Position numbers and translations under genes: made by a program. Under the pieces are notes generated by a model that did not search any database, was not told the DNA's origin, and saw only the letters and a program-made list of their open reading frames with translations. Shown one piece after another: positions 26,774 through 39,643 of a stretch of DNA of 64,000 nt; positions within the stretch are counted from its first letter, which is position 1; every line of letters starts with the position of its first letter. This DNA comes from Glycera tridactyla (lineage: Eukaryota): positions 98,456,001 through 98,520,000 of the forward strand of contig OZ286460.1 of the NCBI GenBank assembly GCA_965644265.1. Direction: 5' to 3'.

Positions 26774-28150
26774 AACCACAAACATATTATCATACAATGC
26801 ATCTCTCCTCATAAGTTAATAGCCTCTCCCATTTCAATTTCCAAAAGAGAATTCAGCTGCCTGCAGAACCCATCCAGAATCTGAAATATGAGGGATGCCA
26901 ACCTTTGATGACCGAAATTGGGAATTATGTCAATCCTTGATGGCAGTACCTGCAATGATCAGAAATGAGAAATTTAGGGAGTAATGTGTGTATAATGCCA
27001 AATTCTTTATTAAGAAAGAGTGATCATCACTTCAAAATTATATGGGTTAGCAGATCTGATATTTACGTCGGATTGGATCTCCATCTCACTTTTGTCAAAA
27101 TACATGATGATTCCAAAGAAATGACTGATGTTAACACTGAGATCACCTCAGAAGTTCATCTGCAAAGAGAGTCAAGTTGCTGGAGATTGAAAGATAGATC
27201 GATACTTTCAACCAAATGAGGACTGGGCAAGGTTCTTTTAGAGAAAAACATTAGAAACTGGGTTTGGTTTTGCTGAAAATGGAATATAATGAAATTGGTT
27301 GTGAAAAGGTAAAATTAGTGAAATTGAAACTAAACTGGACTGATTAAATTGATCAATCAGGGAATCGTCTCACTACTACCCCCTGAACCAGAGTTTGCAG
27401 ATGGTATGGTTTACAAGAAAAGCAAAACCATTTGAATGCAACACCGTGAATGATACATGTAACTATCACTACCAATATCAGAACCTCATCCACAATCAGT
27501 ATGAATTGGTTATCAGTGAGATAATCACCCTGTATTGTGAGAGAAGTTTTGATTCCTTATTCCAATTCTATGCATTCTTAACATGCTTTCCATATGTGAT
27601 TTAGGAGTGTTTGCATAGTTGCAGATAGCATACTAGAAGTGTTGTTTCCTGAGGTGTTCTACGATCTGATGCCAAACATTACAGCAACTGCAAACAGCTG
27701 TAAGCAGTTAGTGGAATTGAGAGTAGAAGGATGTGAGGCCCAGGATGAGTAAGTTCTGCCAGCTGGAATAAGTAAGCAGTACTACAAGACCCATCACACA
27801 TGCCCACTTCTGGGTGGATCAGTAAATCAGCCACAACTCAGCTAACTACAGTCTATCCACACTGAGAATCCCACATTCTCTATTGAAATTCAACTATGTA
27901 GTCTATCCACCTGAAGAACCAACATTCTCTATTGTTTTCTCAGTATACCGCATTCTCCCTAATTAGCGCCCGACCCTCATAAGCACCCCCCCCCCCCCCC
28001 CCCCCCCTCCCTAGGGAGGCTTTGATAGCCCCGGATATTCGAATTTCCCGCTAAATCTGCCAGCAAGGAGGCCAGATCCAACATGGCAGCACACGTGAAC
28101 AAAGATGCCGCTTGACTAAGTGTTGACATCTCCGCTGTTTTTGGCAAATA

Positions 28151-28327
28151 CAGTAAAACCTGTCTTAAGTGAAAAGTCACGGGACCAAATTTTTCTTTCA
28201 ATTAAGACAGGATTTTGCTTAGCGCAGGACAATTATAGTAAGAAAAAAACATCCGGGCAGACCGTGGGGTATGTGCTTAAGACAGGATTTTGCCCAGCGC
28301 AGGTTTTCTCTCGAGCAGGTTTCACTG
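28151..28327. mobile_element. Tc1/mariner-type 177-bp MITE, short relative of 36485-37750
   Basis: TA-CAGTAAAACCTG ... CAGGTTTCACTG-TA. Confidence 0.82.
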
Positions 28328-31300
28328 TATTCAATGGATTTGAGAGATATATGCATGGATACCACACGATCTCATACCTAGGAAATCATTCGCACAATCA
28401 TTTTCACTGTGAGATCGATATTTCGTGGGTTTTGATCGCGGCAAACTACATCTGAAACCAAGGGATTGACTTGTCAAAGTGGGAGTGGGTTATGTAGACG
28501 TCGCTCTTTTTCACTGTGTTTTCGGGAAATATTCGTCATAACCTTGTAGTTTCATGTGAATATGGATAGCTTTTCTGACTTATCAATGCCTCCACCCCTC
28601 TGTCATCACTGGGTAAGTCATATCTACCGAGGTGTTCAATTTTGAAATGCCGCATATACAATTGATATCATGTGATCAGGAATGTGATTGGCTCATGATC
28701 AAAAACCCTGAAAACCTAATAGAAGCGATACAAACTCGGTGCTCTATCGCCACTAATTCTGGTCAAATTTTCACATTCAAAATAGTCAGCATATATTGCT
28801 CTTTTCTGTCTTATGTATGGGCTGGTGCATTAGTAATTGGAAGGAAGGAAATGTGCCAATCCTTGGAACAACCACATCCCTTCTAGTTGTAGTAGATGAT
28901 GGATATGAAGGCTCAGCTCCCCAACTCCATTCCAGTAGGATCAAATCAATTTGGTGATACAGTAAAACCTGTCTTGGGAGACCGCCCCAGATGCCAACAA
29001 AAAGCGGTCTCTCAAGACAGGTGGTCTCTCATTGGAGGTATATTTGACTATGTCAAATAGAGAAGAGCCGATAAAGAGTGGTCTCCCATTAGAGGGTGGT
29101 CTCCCAAAAGAGGGGTCTCCCAGAAAGGTTCCGGGGAACTTTGTATTTCATTGAATGAAAACAATATGAAGCAAGATGGTGCATGAAGGTGCAATCACAT
29201 CCTGTTTCGAGTGAATCTTTCACAACAATGACATAATTGTTGACATTTTTTTCAAAAACAGTCATATGATATTCAAATATAGGGTATAAACACCGAATTT
29301 GGCATAGTCTGGGTGTATGGGACTCAATTCTTGAGTCGCCAGTCATAAGCCGAAAGTATGTACTGGAAATCGTTTTGTGGTTTCACTCATCTCATTGGAA
29401 AACTTCATACCTCTAATGTGCAACCACCTCTGTACTTCCACATGACAACTTTTCTGGTTCCCCATCATCTTATGTTCAGGGTTTGTAAGAGAGATGTCTG
29501 CAGGGGAGAGAGCATCTAGCTTTCATTTCATTATTTGGGCAGGTCTCACAGAATCGCACTCTATGAACTTGCAGTTAGAGATAAGTGTTTTAAATTTGAG
29601 ATAGCTCCCTCAAGATCAATAGGCCTCTTCACTTACAGGGCTGAGACATTAAGTGCAGATTTAAGTTTCTGTGTGAGAACCCAGCTCTTATTTGTGTTAT
29701 TCATAGTCTGAGTTCATTCATGAACTTTTCGGCAATGGCTGTATGCCTCCTTTACACAAGCAAACATATGCCAATGAACTTGGGTACTAGGTAACAATGC
29801 CAGCTCTATTTTATTGGGAAGCAATCTCAACTGGCATTGCTTTGCTAGGTCCACCCCTATAGATCAGACACATGTATGCATTGGTAGAACACTAAATTTC
29901 CCAGGGGCATAATCAACTGACTGATACTATCTGCTCCACACCCAGATGCACGCATGCACACGCACTTGCACGCACACACCCACGCAAGCCAACAAGGACA
30001 CACATACCAGGGCGCGAAGACATCAGAAAAACTCAGATTCAAATTCACCCGCCCTCTTTGAAAAACAACACATCCGTACACGAATGTCACCTAGACTGAG
30101 AAAATACTTGTATACAAGTCAAATTTTCTGTAGAAAATACGTGCAAAAGCGATAATTCATTCATATGATTGGCCGCCAGGACATCTCGCGACGTGAGCCC
30201 CATGAAAGCATTTCCCTGATTGGTGGATTTTGCCAGGATTTGGCCAATCAGGGATCTCGACTGATATCTGTGTCGGTTCTTTATCACCTCCAGCGTTGAA
30301 GATGGCGGTTGTTCTGCCGAAGGTGACGAAACTCGCTAGCAAATTTGACAAATAAACTTCGTTTCCACGACTTTTAGGTGCGATCTGACAGATGTATGCA
30401 CAGAACTGCATGCCCGAAAAAGACGTGTAAGTCAGCAAGCCACCCGTCCGACCCCGATTTCGGCACGCCCGAGATGTTTGGGAGGTGATGTTTTCGCTCC
30501 CNNNNNNNNNNNNNNNNNNNNNNNNNNNNNNNNNNNNNNNNNNNNNNNNNNNNNNNNNNNNNNNNNNNNNNNNNNNNNNNNNNNNNNNNNNNNNNNNNNN
30601 NNNNNNNNNNNNNNNNNNNNNNNNNNNNNNNNNNNNNNNNNNNNNNNNNNNNNNNNNNNNNNNNNNNNNNNNNNNNNNNNNNNNNNNNNNNNNNNNNNNN
30701 NNNNNNNNNNNNNNNNNNNNNNNNNNNNTAGAAGCAAATACTATGCCCACTTGAAAAAATGAACCAAACTGGTTTCCAACAGTAAAAGGCGTGACAAGTC
30801 TTAGAGCATCCTCCAGTTTCTCTGGTGAAACATGCAAACCTCAACTGAAATGTCCAGCAAATCTAAACATTGAGAAATTCTTCAGAAAGCTACTCTCTTT
30901 CCTGAGTTTCTAAATCAATGTGTGGGTGTGAAGCTGCAATGAGTTGACTATGTGGCTTCAGAATTAGATGAAATCACTGATGAAGAGCATAGCTGATGAT
31001 TGATACACTCGATGAATGTTTGCAGGTAGTAATTCAATCAATCCTGCCCAGATTATATCAGGATGGATGGTATAGATTTTCCAATTAATCTGACGAGAAG
31101 TGTTTCAACTAATGTGATTAATTCAACTAGTAGTTTTGTGGATAATATCCTGGTCTTTCCATGCAGCTGCAGGATATATCAAATAAGCTTAATCTCATTT
31201 GGTTATTTGTTGAAGATTATCATTATCTGAGCTATAGCGACCAATATCCAGATGGGATGAAGATCTTGTGCCAGAAACAGAAAAAGATAATGTCAAAAGA

Positions 31301-31899
31301 AGCAATGAAGCATTTGAACTGTGAATACATGAACACATGGATGTTCCCAAAAAATTTTAAAAAGTCTGAATTTGATTTTACATGTCTGATGTAGTCATAA
31401 GAAATCTGAGTTTCGTACATGATTGAGAGCTAGGATTAGTTTTCTCATTTCTTGGACATGAAGCAACAGTTTGAAAGTGATGGCAAAACTGAAGTAAGCT
31501 CACAATGCATTTCGCTGAAGTGTGGATAATTTGGTTCGAAGTGGAATGACTGTATTAGACAACATTTCCAGAAAAAAGATAGTTTTATCACTATTTCCAG
31601 TATTTTTACAGAAATATTTGCCAGACTGCATCATATTTGAGGCATTCAGAGAGCAGCAGCATCCTGGTCTCAAACTGGAGTGAAACAGACCTCCTGTTAG
31701 CCTGCCTGTGATCAGCGTTAAGGGAATTCCTAGTGTTTATGGCTGCTTTTACAAGCACGATAAAAATACCAGCTGATCCCACAAGAAGTAAGGCCTCTGC
31801 CCTTCCCTGTATCTAGTCGATACTTTAGTTGAATCCAGTCTACCAATATGCAAGATGTACATAGAGAAATACAACTGTCAAAAGCGAGAACTGCTCATG

Positions 31900-32115
31900 C
31901 AGAGATGCATCTAGAAATTCCAAATTAGGGGCCAATTGGCCCTTGGTATTAAGAAATAGGGGCCAACACCGAATTCTTGGGGGGCAATTTAATGGAAATA
32001 GTAGTAAAATATTCCAAAAAAAAGGGGGGAATTGGCCCACTATCATTTTGAAAAGGGGCCAACAATGAAAAATGTGTGTCAATTGGCCCACTCCCCCCTT
32101 CTAGATGCAACACTG
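31900..32115. mobile_element. hAT-like MITE, 6-bp TSD
   Basis: TIRs CAGAGATGCATCTAGAA / TTCTAGATGCAACACTG, CTCATG on both sides, internal GGGGCCAA repeats. Confidence 0.8.
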
Positions 32116-32558
32116 CTCATGTATTGCTCTTGATGCAGATACAGGAATTTGAATGTATAATTCATATTCAGCTTATCCCCTTAGCAAACAATGATGATAT
32201 TCATAGCTGTTCCACGGCAGTAAGAGGCCCAGTGAACCGATCCCATGTTCACTGTGTAACACAGTGGCCAAAAATAACTGACTTAGTGATTGCCATATGA
32301 ATCAATCCCATGTTAACAGGGTAACACCATGCATTTTTAATAACAGAACTGACAACTTGAGTGTCTGTGAATTTCATAAATTTATGAAATGTTGGGGTCC
32401 CGGGCGGATGAGTCTCAAATGATCCCACCCATTGCATGGGCATCACAATATTACGCAAATGGAGCTGACGTAGCGATAAACCGTAATCAACCAAAGAACC
32501 ACTGCAGTAATCTTGATGTCAGGAATGAAGCCATTTCCCCCCCATCATTGTATGTATG

Positions 32559-32771
32559 CAAGGCTCTACATCGGCCAAAATATTTAGGTGCCAGCTGGCT
32601 CCTAAGCTGAAGTTTTGGTAGACAGTGCAAAATTTTGGTAGCCAGTCAATACATGCCAATCACAATCTCTCAAAATTTAAGCGGCGGCTGGTTTCTAACT
32701 TTCAAAATATGGTAGCCAGAGGGTGAATTTGGTAGCCACTGGCGAGCCACAGATAGCAACCTAGAGCCCTG
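32559..32771. mobile_element. hAT-like MITE, 5-bp TSD
   Basis: TIRs CAAGGCTCTA / TAGAGCCCTG, flanked by GTATG / GTATG. Confidence 0.8.
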
Positions 32772-34019
32772 GTATGTTAGAGGATGTGCTCATATATTCA
32801 GTCACCCGTGATGTGATCTGATATGCTCCCTGCAGTGATATCAATCTGATAAACATTCGCTCACTTGCTTGCTGACTCACCAGGCAGAACAAGCAGGAGT
32901 GCTGCAGCCCACTGTGACCCTCGCCAAATTGGTGGAATTGGGCCAAAACAGGGCTGGTCAGACTCCAGGTGGGGGCCTGGACCATCGTCAATGAAATCCC
33001 CCCCCCCCCCCCCCCCCCCCCCCACTCCATGAGCAAACTGATGCTTGGGCCCATTCGGTCAGGCGAAAGTTTCAAGACATGGGGCTGCAACTGGGTGTTT
33101 CACAGAAAGTCTCCAGGCCATCTGCTTTTCATGCAACAAGAGTCCTTCACATGCATTAGGCCAAGAGGGCTGAAGTTTCAGGGCCTGAAGGACTAGATGA
33201 TGGGATGGGAATTCAAGAACTAGAGGGAGTCTATGGCTTCGAGGAGATTTCTCGATCACAACTGCTACCATACCCAACCCAGAATTAGGACATCTATCTC
33301 ACAAAGGAAATATGGATGGATCTTCTTAATCACATGATTTAGGTCATGTGTGCAGATGCCATGTACCATGAGATAAATGGCTGTCATCGGATTATTCTTA
33401 TGAAACGCCATGTAATCAAATATCAGTAGATTTAAGCAAATTCACGTTTGCTCTGAGCAGATGAAGGGATGGAGACCACTCATTTTGAAAGCTCCTCAGT
33501 TTCCATTTTTGCCATGAGTAACGTGAACTTTCTTCACTTAGATTAAAGCCATTCCCAAATATGAATATTATAATTTGGACAATGAGATAAGACACTCGAG
33601 CAGACAATACCAGCTGTGGGAGTGGTCAAAACTTCCTAGTTGAGTGCCGATACTTCCTCATAGTCTTAAATATCATCCCTTCCATTGTTCCATCAGATAT
33701 GATCAGTATCAGTGTCAGTGCTGGGGATAGCTTCAGGAAAAGTCTGTTTGTTTGGGAATGTATCAACCCAGAGGATTACGTATGCTGGGTATTCCTAATC
33801 AATGCATGCTAGATGTTCAGTCCTGTGTATGTATCACTTTCACAAATGCTGAACACAAGATGACGGGAAAATGAAAGGTTGTCAAGTAGAAGAAGCTAAC
33901 AGATCGGACATGTGGCTACCTATTCAACATGAACAGAATGAACATAGAGTTGGCATATCTAACTATGTAACTGGCTAGAACTTGTCACTCAAGCCTGATA
34001 GCAATGCTTTCATTTCAAT

Positions 34020-34220
34020 TAAGGTGTAGTGATTGTAACAGGGAAACCACTATGCACACCTACCCCTCATTGGTTGTCCACATACCAAAAATGGGCAGTG
34101 TAGCATCAACACAATGGACACAGCGCGTTCCGCAAAAAAGTGTTTGCGGACAGACGGACGGACAGACTGAATCCAGTATGCCCCCCCCCCCCCCCCCCCA
34201 CCTTCGGTTGGGGGGCATAA
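34020..34220 (+). mobile_element. 3' end of a HINE/pearl-type element
   Basis: GGACAGACGGACGGACAGAC followed by TATGCCCCC...GGGGGGCATAA hairpin. Confidence 0.65.
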
Positions 34221-35004
34221 AATGTTAAGGAAAATTTGATGGATATATGATTCAGAATTTGACTACCAATGCCCTGCTAGAGGTAATTTTGGAGACTTTT
34301 TGATCACCTTCAGATTTTGTGAGAAAATACTCATGCCCCCCCCCCCCCCCCCCCTCCCCCATTTGTCACACATTAAGTTTCGCTGCAATCACCAACAGAG
34401 AGTAAGGTCAGAGTTGGAGAACTGGTCTGACATCTGGGGTTTCTCATTGCGAGGTTTACCACATCATCCCATGCAGATTGATTAGGTCTTATTGGGAGAG
34501 GGGAGTAACCAATTTGGCACGTTCATTGTTGGCAACCCAATGCCCATTCAACCAGCTGTGACTTGTGCTAGACCTAGATTTCTAACAAGGTATTGTTATA
34601 GAAGGTATTATCAGCACACACGGCCAATGCCACCATGTTTGATGGCTTCATCTCTTGAATTATGTACCACGAAAAAAAACATCACTGAATCTATTTCAAA
34701 TCAGGCAGGGATTGGGGGGGGGGGGGGGGGGGGCTATGGTCATTTCTGGCCTCTAGAATCAAAGCTATCAATACTCGCCAGAATTTTTCATGTTCCTATT
34801 CTGATTCCGGGTCAAGATTCATGGAATTCCTACAGCTATAATCAGAATTTCCTGCACCTGATGAACAATAATAGTAATGATGCAAATTTTCAAGGGGTTG
34901 ATGAGAGAAATTTCATTCCAGGAAAATTAGTGATATTATACATAAAAGAGGAATCATTACCCCATAACTGGAATGGTCAGCGTCTGGTCTCACGATAACT
35001 AGTA

Positions 35005-35181
35005 CAGTGAAACCTGCGATGAGAGACTGCCCTAAATGACACCAAAAAGCGGTCTCTCAAAAGAGGTGGTCTCTCGTCAGGGGTATATTTGACTATGTCA
35101 AATAGAAAAGCTGCCCCGGAAAAGTGGTCTCCCGTCGGAGGTGGTCTCTCGTCAGGGGGTCTCTCGTCGCAGGTTTCACTG
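35005..35181. mobile_element. Tc1/mariner-type 177-bp MITE
   Basis: 23-bp TIRs CAGTGAAACCTGCGATGAGAGAC with one mismatch, TA on both sides. Confidence 0.88.
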
Positions 35182-35496
35182 TAGGTGCATGAAATTCTAG
35201 TAATCATCCTCTGTACCTGACCAAAAATTAAACTATAGCTTTGGTATCTCAGCAGTGTATGAACTTTATTCCTGAAATTGAATATAGCCAAAAAGTGATA
35301 TTGATTAGAAATGGGATACAAACATCTTTTAAATACTGAATACTACAGCCACGGAATTTGCAAGCAATTCCACTCTTTGTCACCCACATGGATCTGGATT
35401 GACTAATGGATGAATACTACAGAAAACATGAGTCACCATGGAAACAACACTAAAAGAAGTCATTCTTGAGACAGGTTTGACTGCAGACATGCTTAC

Positions 35497-35668
35497 CTCG
35501 ATGGAGCATCCCATGAGGGAGTTTCTCTCCTTGGCTTTCATCATGATGTGGAAGAGATTTGTTGGTACATTCTGTCGGAAGTCAAACATCTCTGTCATAC
35601 CACCCGTAAAATCCTCCATTGCCTCACTTGTGGCGCCCCCCTTCAGGGCCTCGTATGATCCGACCAAT
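35497..35668 (-). CDS. Calpain exon C: [30 protein letters not shown]...LMGCSIE
   Basis: 172 nt, TTTCAG acceptor and GTAAGC donor. In phase with exon B (AA+A=Lys). Contains the GSYEAL.GG...EAMEDFTGG motif. Confidence 0.97.
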
Positions 35669-36484
35669 CTGAAATTGAGTAGAAATTTCATATTTATCAA
35701 TCAGCATTCAAAACAAGATATGCAAATTGTCTTATACATCCAGAATAGGATAAACAGAAAGCTTCTGCCATGGTCTGTGAGCATATTTGGGTAGTTCAAA
35801 ATTCAGATTCTTCCTAGTGAGTAATCTAGTCACCAAAGAGTATTAAACTGAGATTTTTGTCAAAGCATTGCTTGAAAATGGGTGAACTCGTATGGTATCA
35901 TTTTGAAGATGTTTCTCATAATATGAGATGTGTTTAGTACAGTGAAACCTACTTTGAGAGACCCCTGTTTTGGGAGAATGCACTCTTTTGGAAGATTGCT
36001 CTTGAAATTGACTGAAAGGGTAGTTGATATATCCAACTTCAACTGGCTGAAGGACAGCTAAAGGAAAAGTTAATGTAGAGCCCTGCTTGCCTTGAAAAAC
36101 TGCTTGTGGTTGGCATCTGAGCCAGTCCTCCCCAAAAGAGGTTCTACTCTATTGAATGGTCTCTAGGAAGAACAGTGGCACACGGGTGGTCATCATGGCT
36201 AGTCAATTCTTAAATCTACAAAGTCAGTTCCCCACAAATACAGAACCAATAAAAGAATTCCGATTCACTTTAAAATTCTACCTGCCATGTGGGCACTGGA
36301 CCTCCTGAAAAATTGTCTGCATTTAATTGCTGGTGGATTGATTGATTGATTGATTGAAGTTGTGGGTCAATCCAACAGATTAGGTATGCTGTGTGTTCCT
36401 GATCTACAAAAGCTGCATGTTTGGTACCCTGGAGCCTCTGGAAACAAGATGATTGGGGACCAGAGAGGATGTCAAGTGGAAGTA

Positions 36485-37750
36485 CAGTAAAACCTGTCTA
36501 CAGCGAAAAGTCATGGGACCAATTTTTTTTCCGCTGTAGACAGGATCTCGTTGTATGCAGGATTTTCACATAAATGAAAATCTGTGAAAATTCATCTCAT
36601 ATGAACGAACGATTCACGACTTCAAGAAATTAGCATCTCTCTTGTGGCGAATTTCGATAAGATATATTCGTTTGAGCGCTTAAATATGCATACCAATCGA
36701 TTCCTTAGTGCTTAAATATGATAGATTAAGTGATAAATCCCGAAAATACGACGAATATCGCCTGTAAATCCATAATGAAGACCAGTGTTGTGAAGCGCCA
36801 TCTGACGATTTGGGGACCTTCTTCTCTGAGTCTAAACATCCACACTTCTTTACGGAGAACCCGGCTTTCCCCGGCCTACTACGTCATCATTTCTTGTGGT
36901 GATTCCAGGGAGAAACCCTAAGTCATCATCATGATTCTTTGTGTGGATGGAGACCCCGGCCTACTACATCATCACTTCTTGTGGAACCTCGGGAAACAGC
37001 CAATTTGCATAATTTATGGGGTGACCTATATATGACGTATTTCCGGGGGATGCCAGCCTCATCACAAGACAAAACAATGGCGCTCAAATCGCTATTGGAG
37101 AAGCCAGACTTTCGCTTTCATTGCGAAATACATGCTCTTACACATGTTATCCATGGCGGAAATCGCTTCAAAATGGATTGTACCCATGAATCATTGAAGT
37201 ATGAAGGCGCGAACAAACCAACAATAGCCAGGGTAAGCCGTGAATTGGCGTCTGTATACGATTGTCTTTGATGTATCAAGGCACTCGTCGACTTGCTCAC
37301 ATCATCGGAGATGGGGGAGACAGGGGGAGATGGGGAGAGGTGCGAAAACTGTGAACGAAGTCATCGCACCTCGAGATTTGCGAGCGGAACGCTGTAGAAT
37401 TGCTCACGAGTGAGTTGACTGGTTGATGTCAACTTCGCTTTTCGCGCGAATCTAGTATGGACTTGCTCACATTATCGGAGACGGGTGGAGCTGTCAAAAC
37501 CGTGAACGAAGTCATTGCACCTCAAGATTCGCGAGCGGAACGCTGTAAAATTGCTCACGGTTTTCGCTTTTCATTGTATACAGGACGAAAGGCTTCGCGG
37601 GACCGAAAATGGCGTTTCATTGTTCGCAGGAGACAGGATTTCGCTATATACAGGACAATTATAGTGAAAAAACGTTCGGGCAGACCGTGGGGTATGCGCT
37701 GTAGACAGGATTTCGTTGTATACAGGATCGCGCTGTACCAGGTTTTACTG
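36485..37750. mobile_element. Tc1/mariner-type non-autonomous element (1266 bp)
   Basis: TA-CAGTAAAACCTG..TACAGCG ... CGCTGTACCAGGTTTTACTG-TA. CpG-rich interior with an internal duplication (about 37290-37410 and 37460-37560). No transposase ORF. Confidence 0.82.
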
Positions 37751-37965
37751 TATTACACTTCAGACACACCTCTACACATATGAACCTGATTGGCCTAACA
37801 ATGGGCCTGTGCTCGTGGTCTCTTTCACTTATGAGATGAGTAATTCCCTAAAAAGACCCCAAAAAAAATCAAAAAGAAGCATTGATCATAGATGACTAAT
37901 GATTATTTGTATGATACTCATTTTTGAGATGATTACTAGCTTTGACGGTTTGATAAAGAACTCAC

Positions 37966-38221
37966 TTGGCATATGCTTTCTCCAGCAGAGGTGTCCAGAA
38001 CTCGTTCATCTCACCGGAATGCATGAATACAAGTCGATCATAGTACGTTGGCAGACGATCGTCGATGATGACATCCTGCCACTCGCCGAATCGCCAGAAC
38101 TGGAAGTGGAAGACTCCTGCATATTGGCTCTCATCGAAGCCTTGATCCTGAGGTACAACTCTATACAGGAGGTCCTTATACTGGCAGAGTGAAGCAACCG
38201 CCGCCAGCAACCAGCAATCGC
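37966..38221 (-). CDS. Calpain exon B with catalytic Cys: (G)[11 protein letters not shown]...DDRLPT...[12 protein letters not shown](K)
   Basis: 256 nt, TTGTAG acceptor and GTGAGT donor. Phase 1 start matches exon A (G+GC=Gly). Contains the hallmark CysPc motifs DCWLLAA, FWRFGEW, IDDRLP and LLEKAYAK. Confidence 0.97.
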
Positions 38222-39643
38222 CTACAACAATACAGGAGGAAAATATTCTCATCATGCAACTCATAAACTGCAAACGTAATTTACTTGAAAGTTCTAATAT
38301 GTCCAAGAGACTTGCACTTGAGATACAGTGAAGCCTGCAACAAGAGACTGCCCTAATGTCACCAAAAAGGAAGTGGTACCTATCAGAGGTGATAGCAGAT
38401 GATATGCAGTCTGAAGTTAGTATTAATGTAACAGGCAAAGGTTGATTTATTTACAAAGACCATCTCTCTATAAAGACCACTCTGAGCTGCGACCATGGTA
38501 GTACTTTCAACAGTGAATGACATGTCTATAAAGACCACCTCCCTATGAAAACCACTGTTTGATGTGACTAAAGGTGGTGTTTATAGAGAGTTTTGACTGT
38601 ATAAGGATATATGGAATGAACAGTTGATGATGATCCCAGTGTGTTGCTGCCCAGATAGTTGCTTATTTCTGGCTTGCTTTAGCTCAGGCTATGATGGTGC
38701 ACCACTGTACCCTGTCATGCATACTGACAGACAGCTCCTCGATGATGATGTTATATTTTCACATTTATGGCCCAATTAACACCGCAGCAACTGTCATAAA
38801 ACTTTCTGATGTTTGAGGAAGCAATAATCTAATTATTGCAATTATCCGGGAGAACACCATGGATAGTTGTCTGAACCAACTTATCTGGAGCCCATGCACC
38901 GTTAATATATATATTTCATGACATTCGAAATAAAGAATTTAAAAAAACACAGATAAGCAAACTTCTTCAGCCAGAGGATGAAAGGTATAGCAGGGATATT
39001 CCTGGAGTGAGATTTGGGGAGAATCTCCCATAGAATTCTCAAATGTCCCATACATCTGGAAGTATTTGGGACCAATTGTCCCATAGGCTTCGATCAGAAA
39101 TCCATTAGATGCCAGAATATCATCAACTTCAAGGTACTCCGAAAGAACTGTCACTTATGCTCTTGTCTGTTCATTGTAGAAAAAAATCAATATGAGGTCT
39201 TCTTTCATCAAGCAAACTATAGTATGGAAATCCCCCAATTTGATCATGATGAGTGAGAAATTGTCTCATCAGGCTCAGGATTGTCCCATTGGTTTGAATT
39301 AGAGTGGGACATTTGTCTCATTCACTTCTCTACTCAGGAATTTCACTGGGTATAACCAATGGCTACTTGGATAATGGCTTATGCCAAGCCGAAAGTGGTT
39401 GGTGCCACTACTCGCAATGCATCTTAGTATCCCTCTCTTAATCCATCAACATGTATAGAGGGTACTAACTGTCTACAATATTTTGGGGACGGGATCGATG
39501 TGACTTTCTTGCTCATACGGTCACACGACGAATCACCAACTGAAAGAAGACTTGCTCAGATGTCAACTTGAAGTACTTTTCCTGATTGCCAGACCTGTTA
39601 GGATTTTACAGGCCAATCTATCTACAACTTGTATTTGTTAGTC

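Noticed and set aside
26760-26790. CTGAGGA hammerhead-like core
   Set aside because: No matching GAAA and no supporting stems.
30157-30844. Long ORFs spanning N runs (also at 18.8, 52, 55, 61.5 and 63.2 kb)
   Set aside because: They are artefacts of translating assembly gaps.
38939-39154. 71-aa protein-like minus-strand ORF
   Set aside because: It is built on repeated TATGGGA(C/G)A motifs of a decayed repeat, with no splice signals or recognised family.
39561-39566. Alternative LINE TSD TGTCAA
   Set aside because: Five of six bases derive from the tail repeat, so the match is uninformative. CAAGCC is preferred but also tentative.
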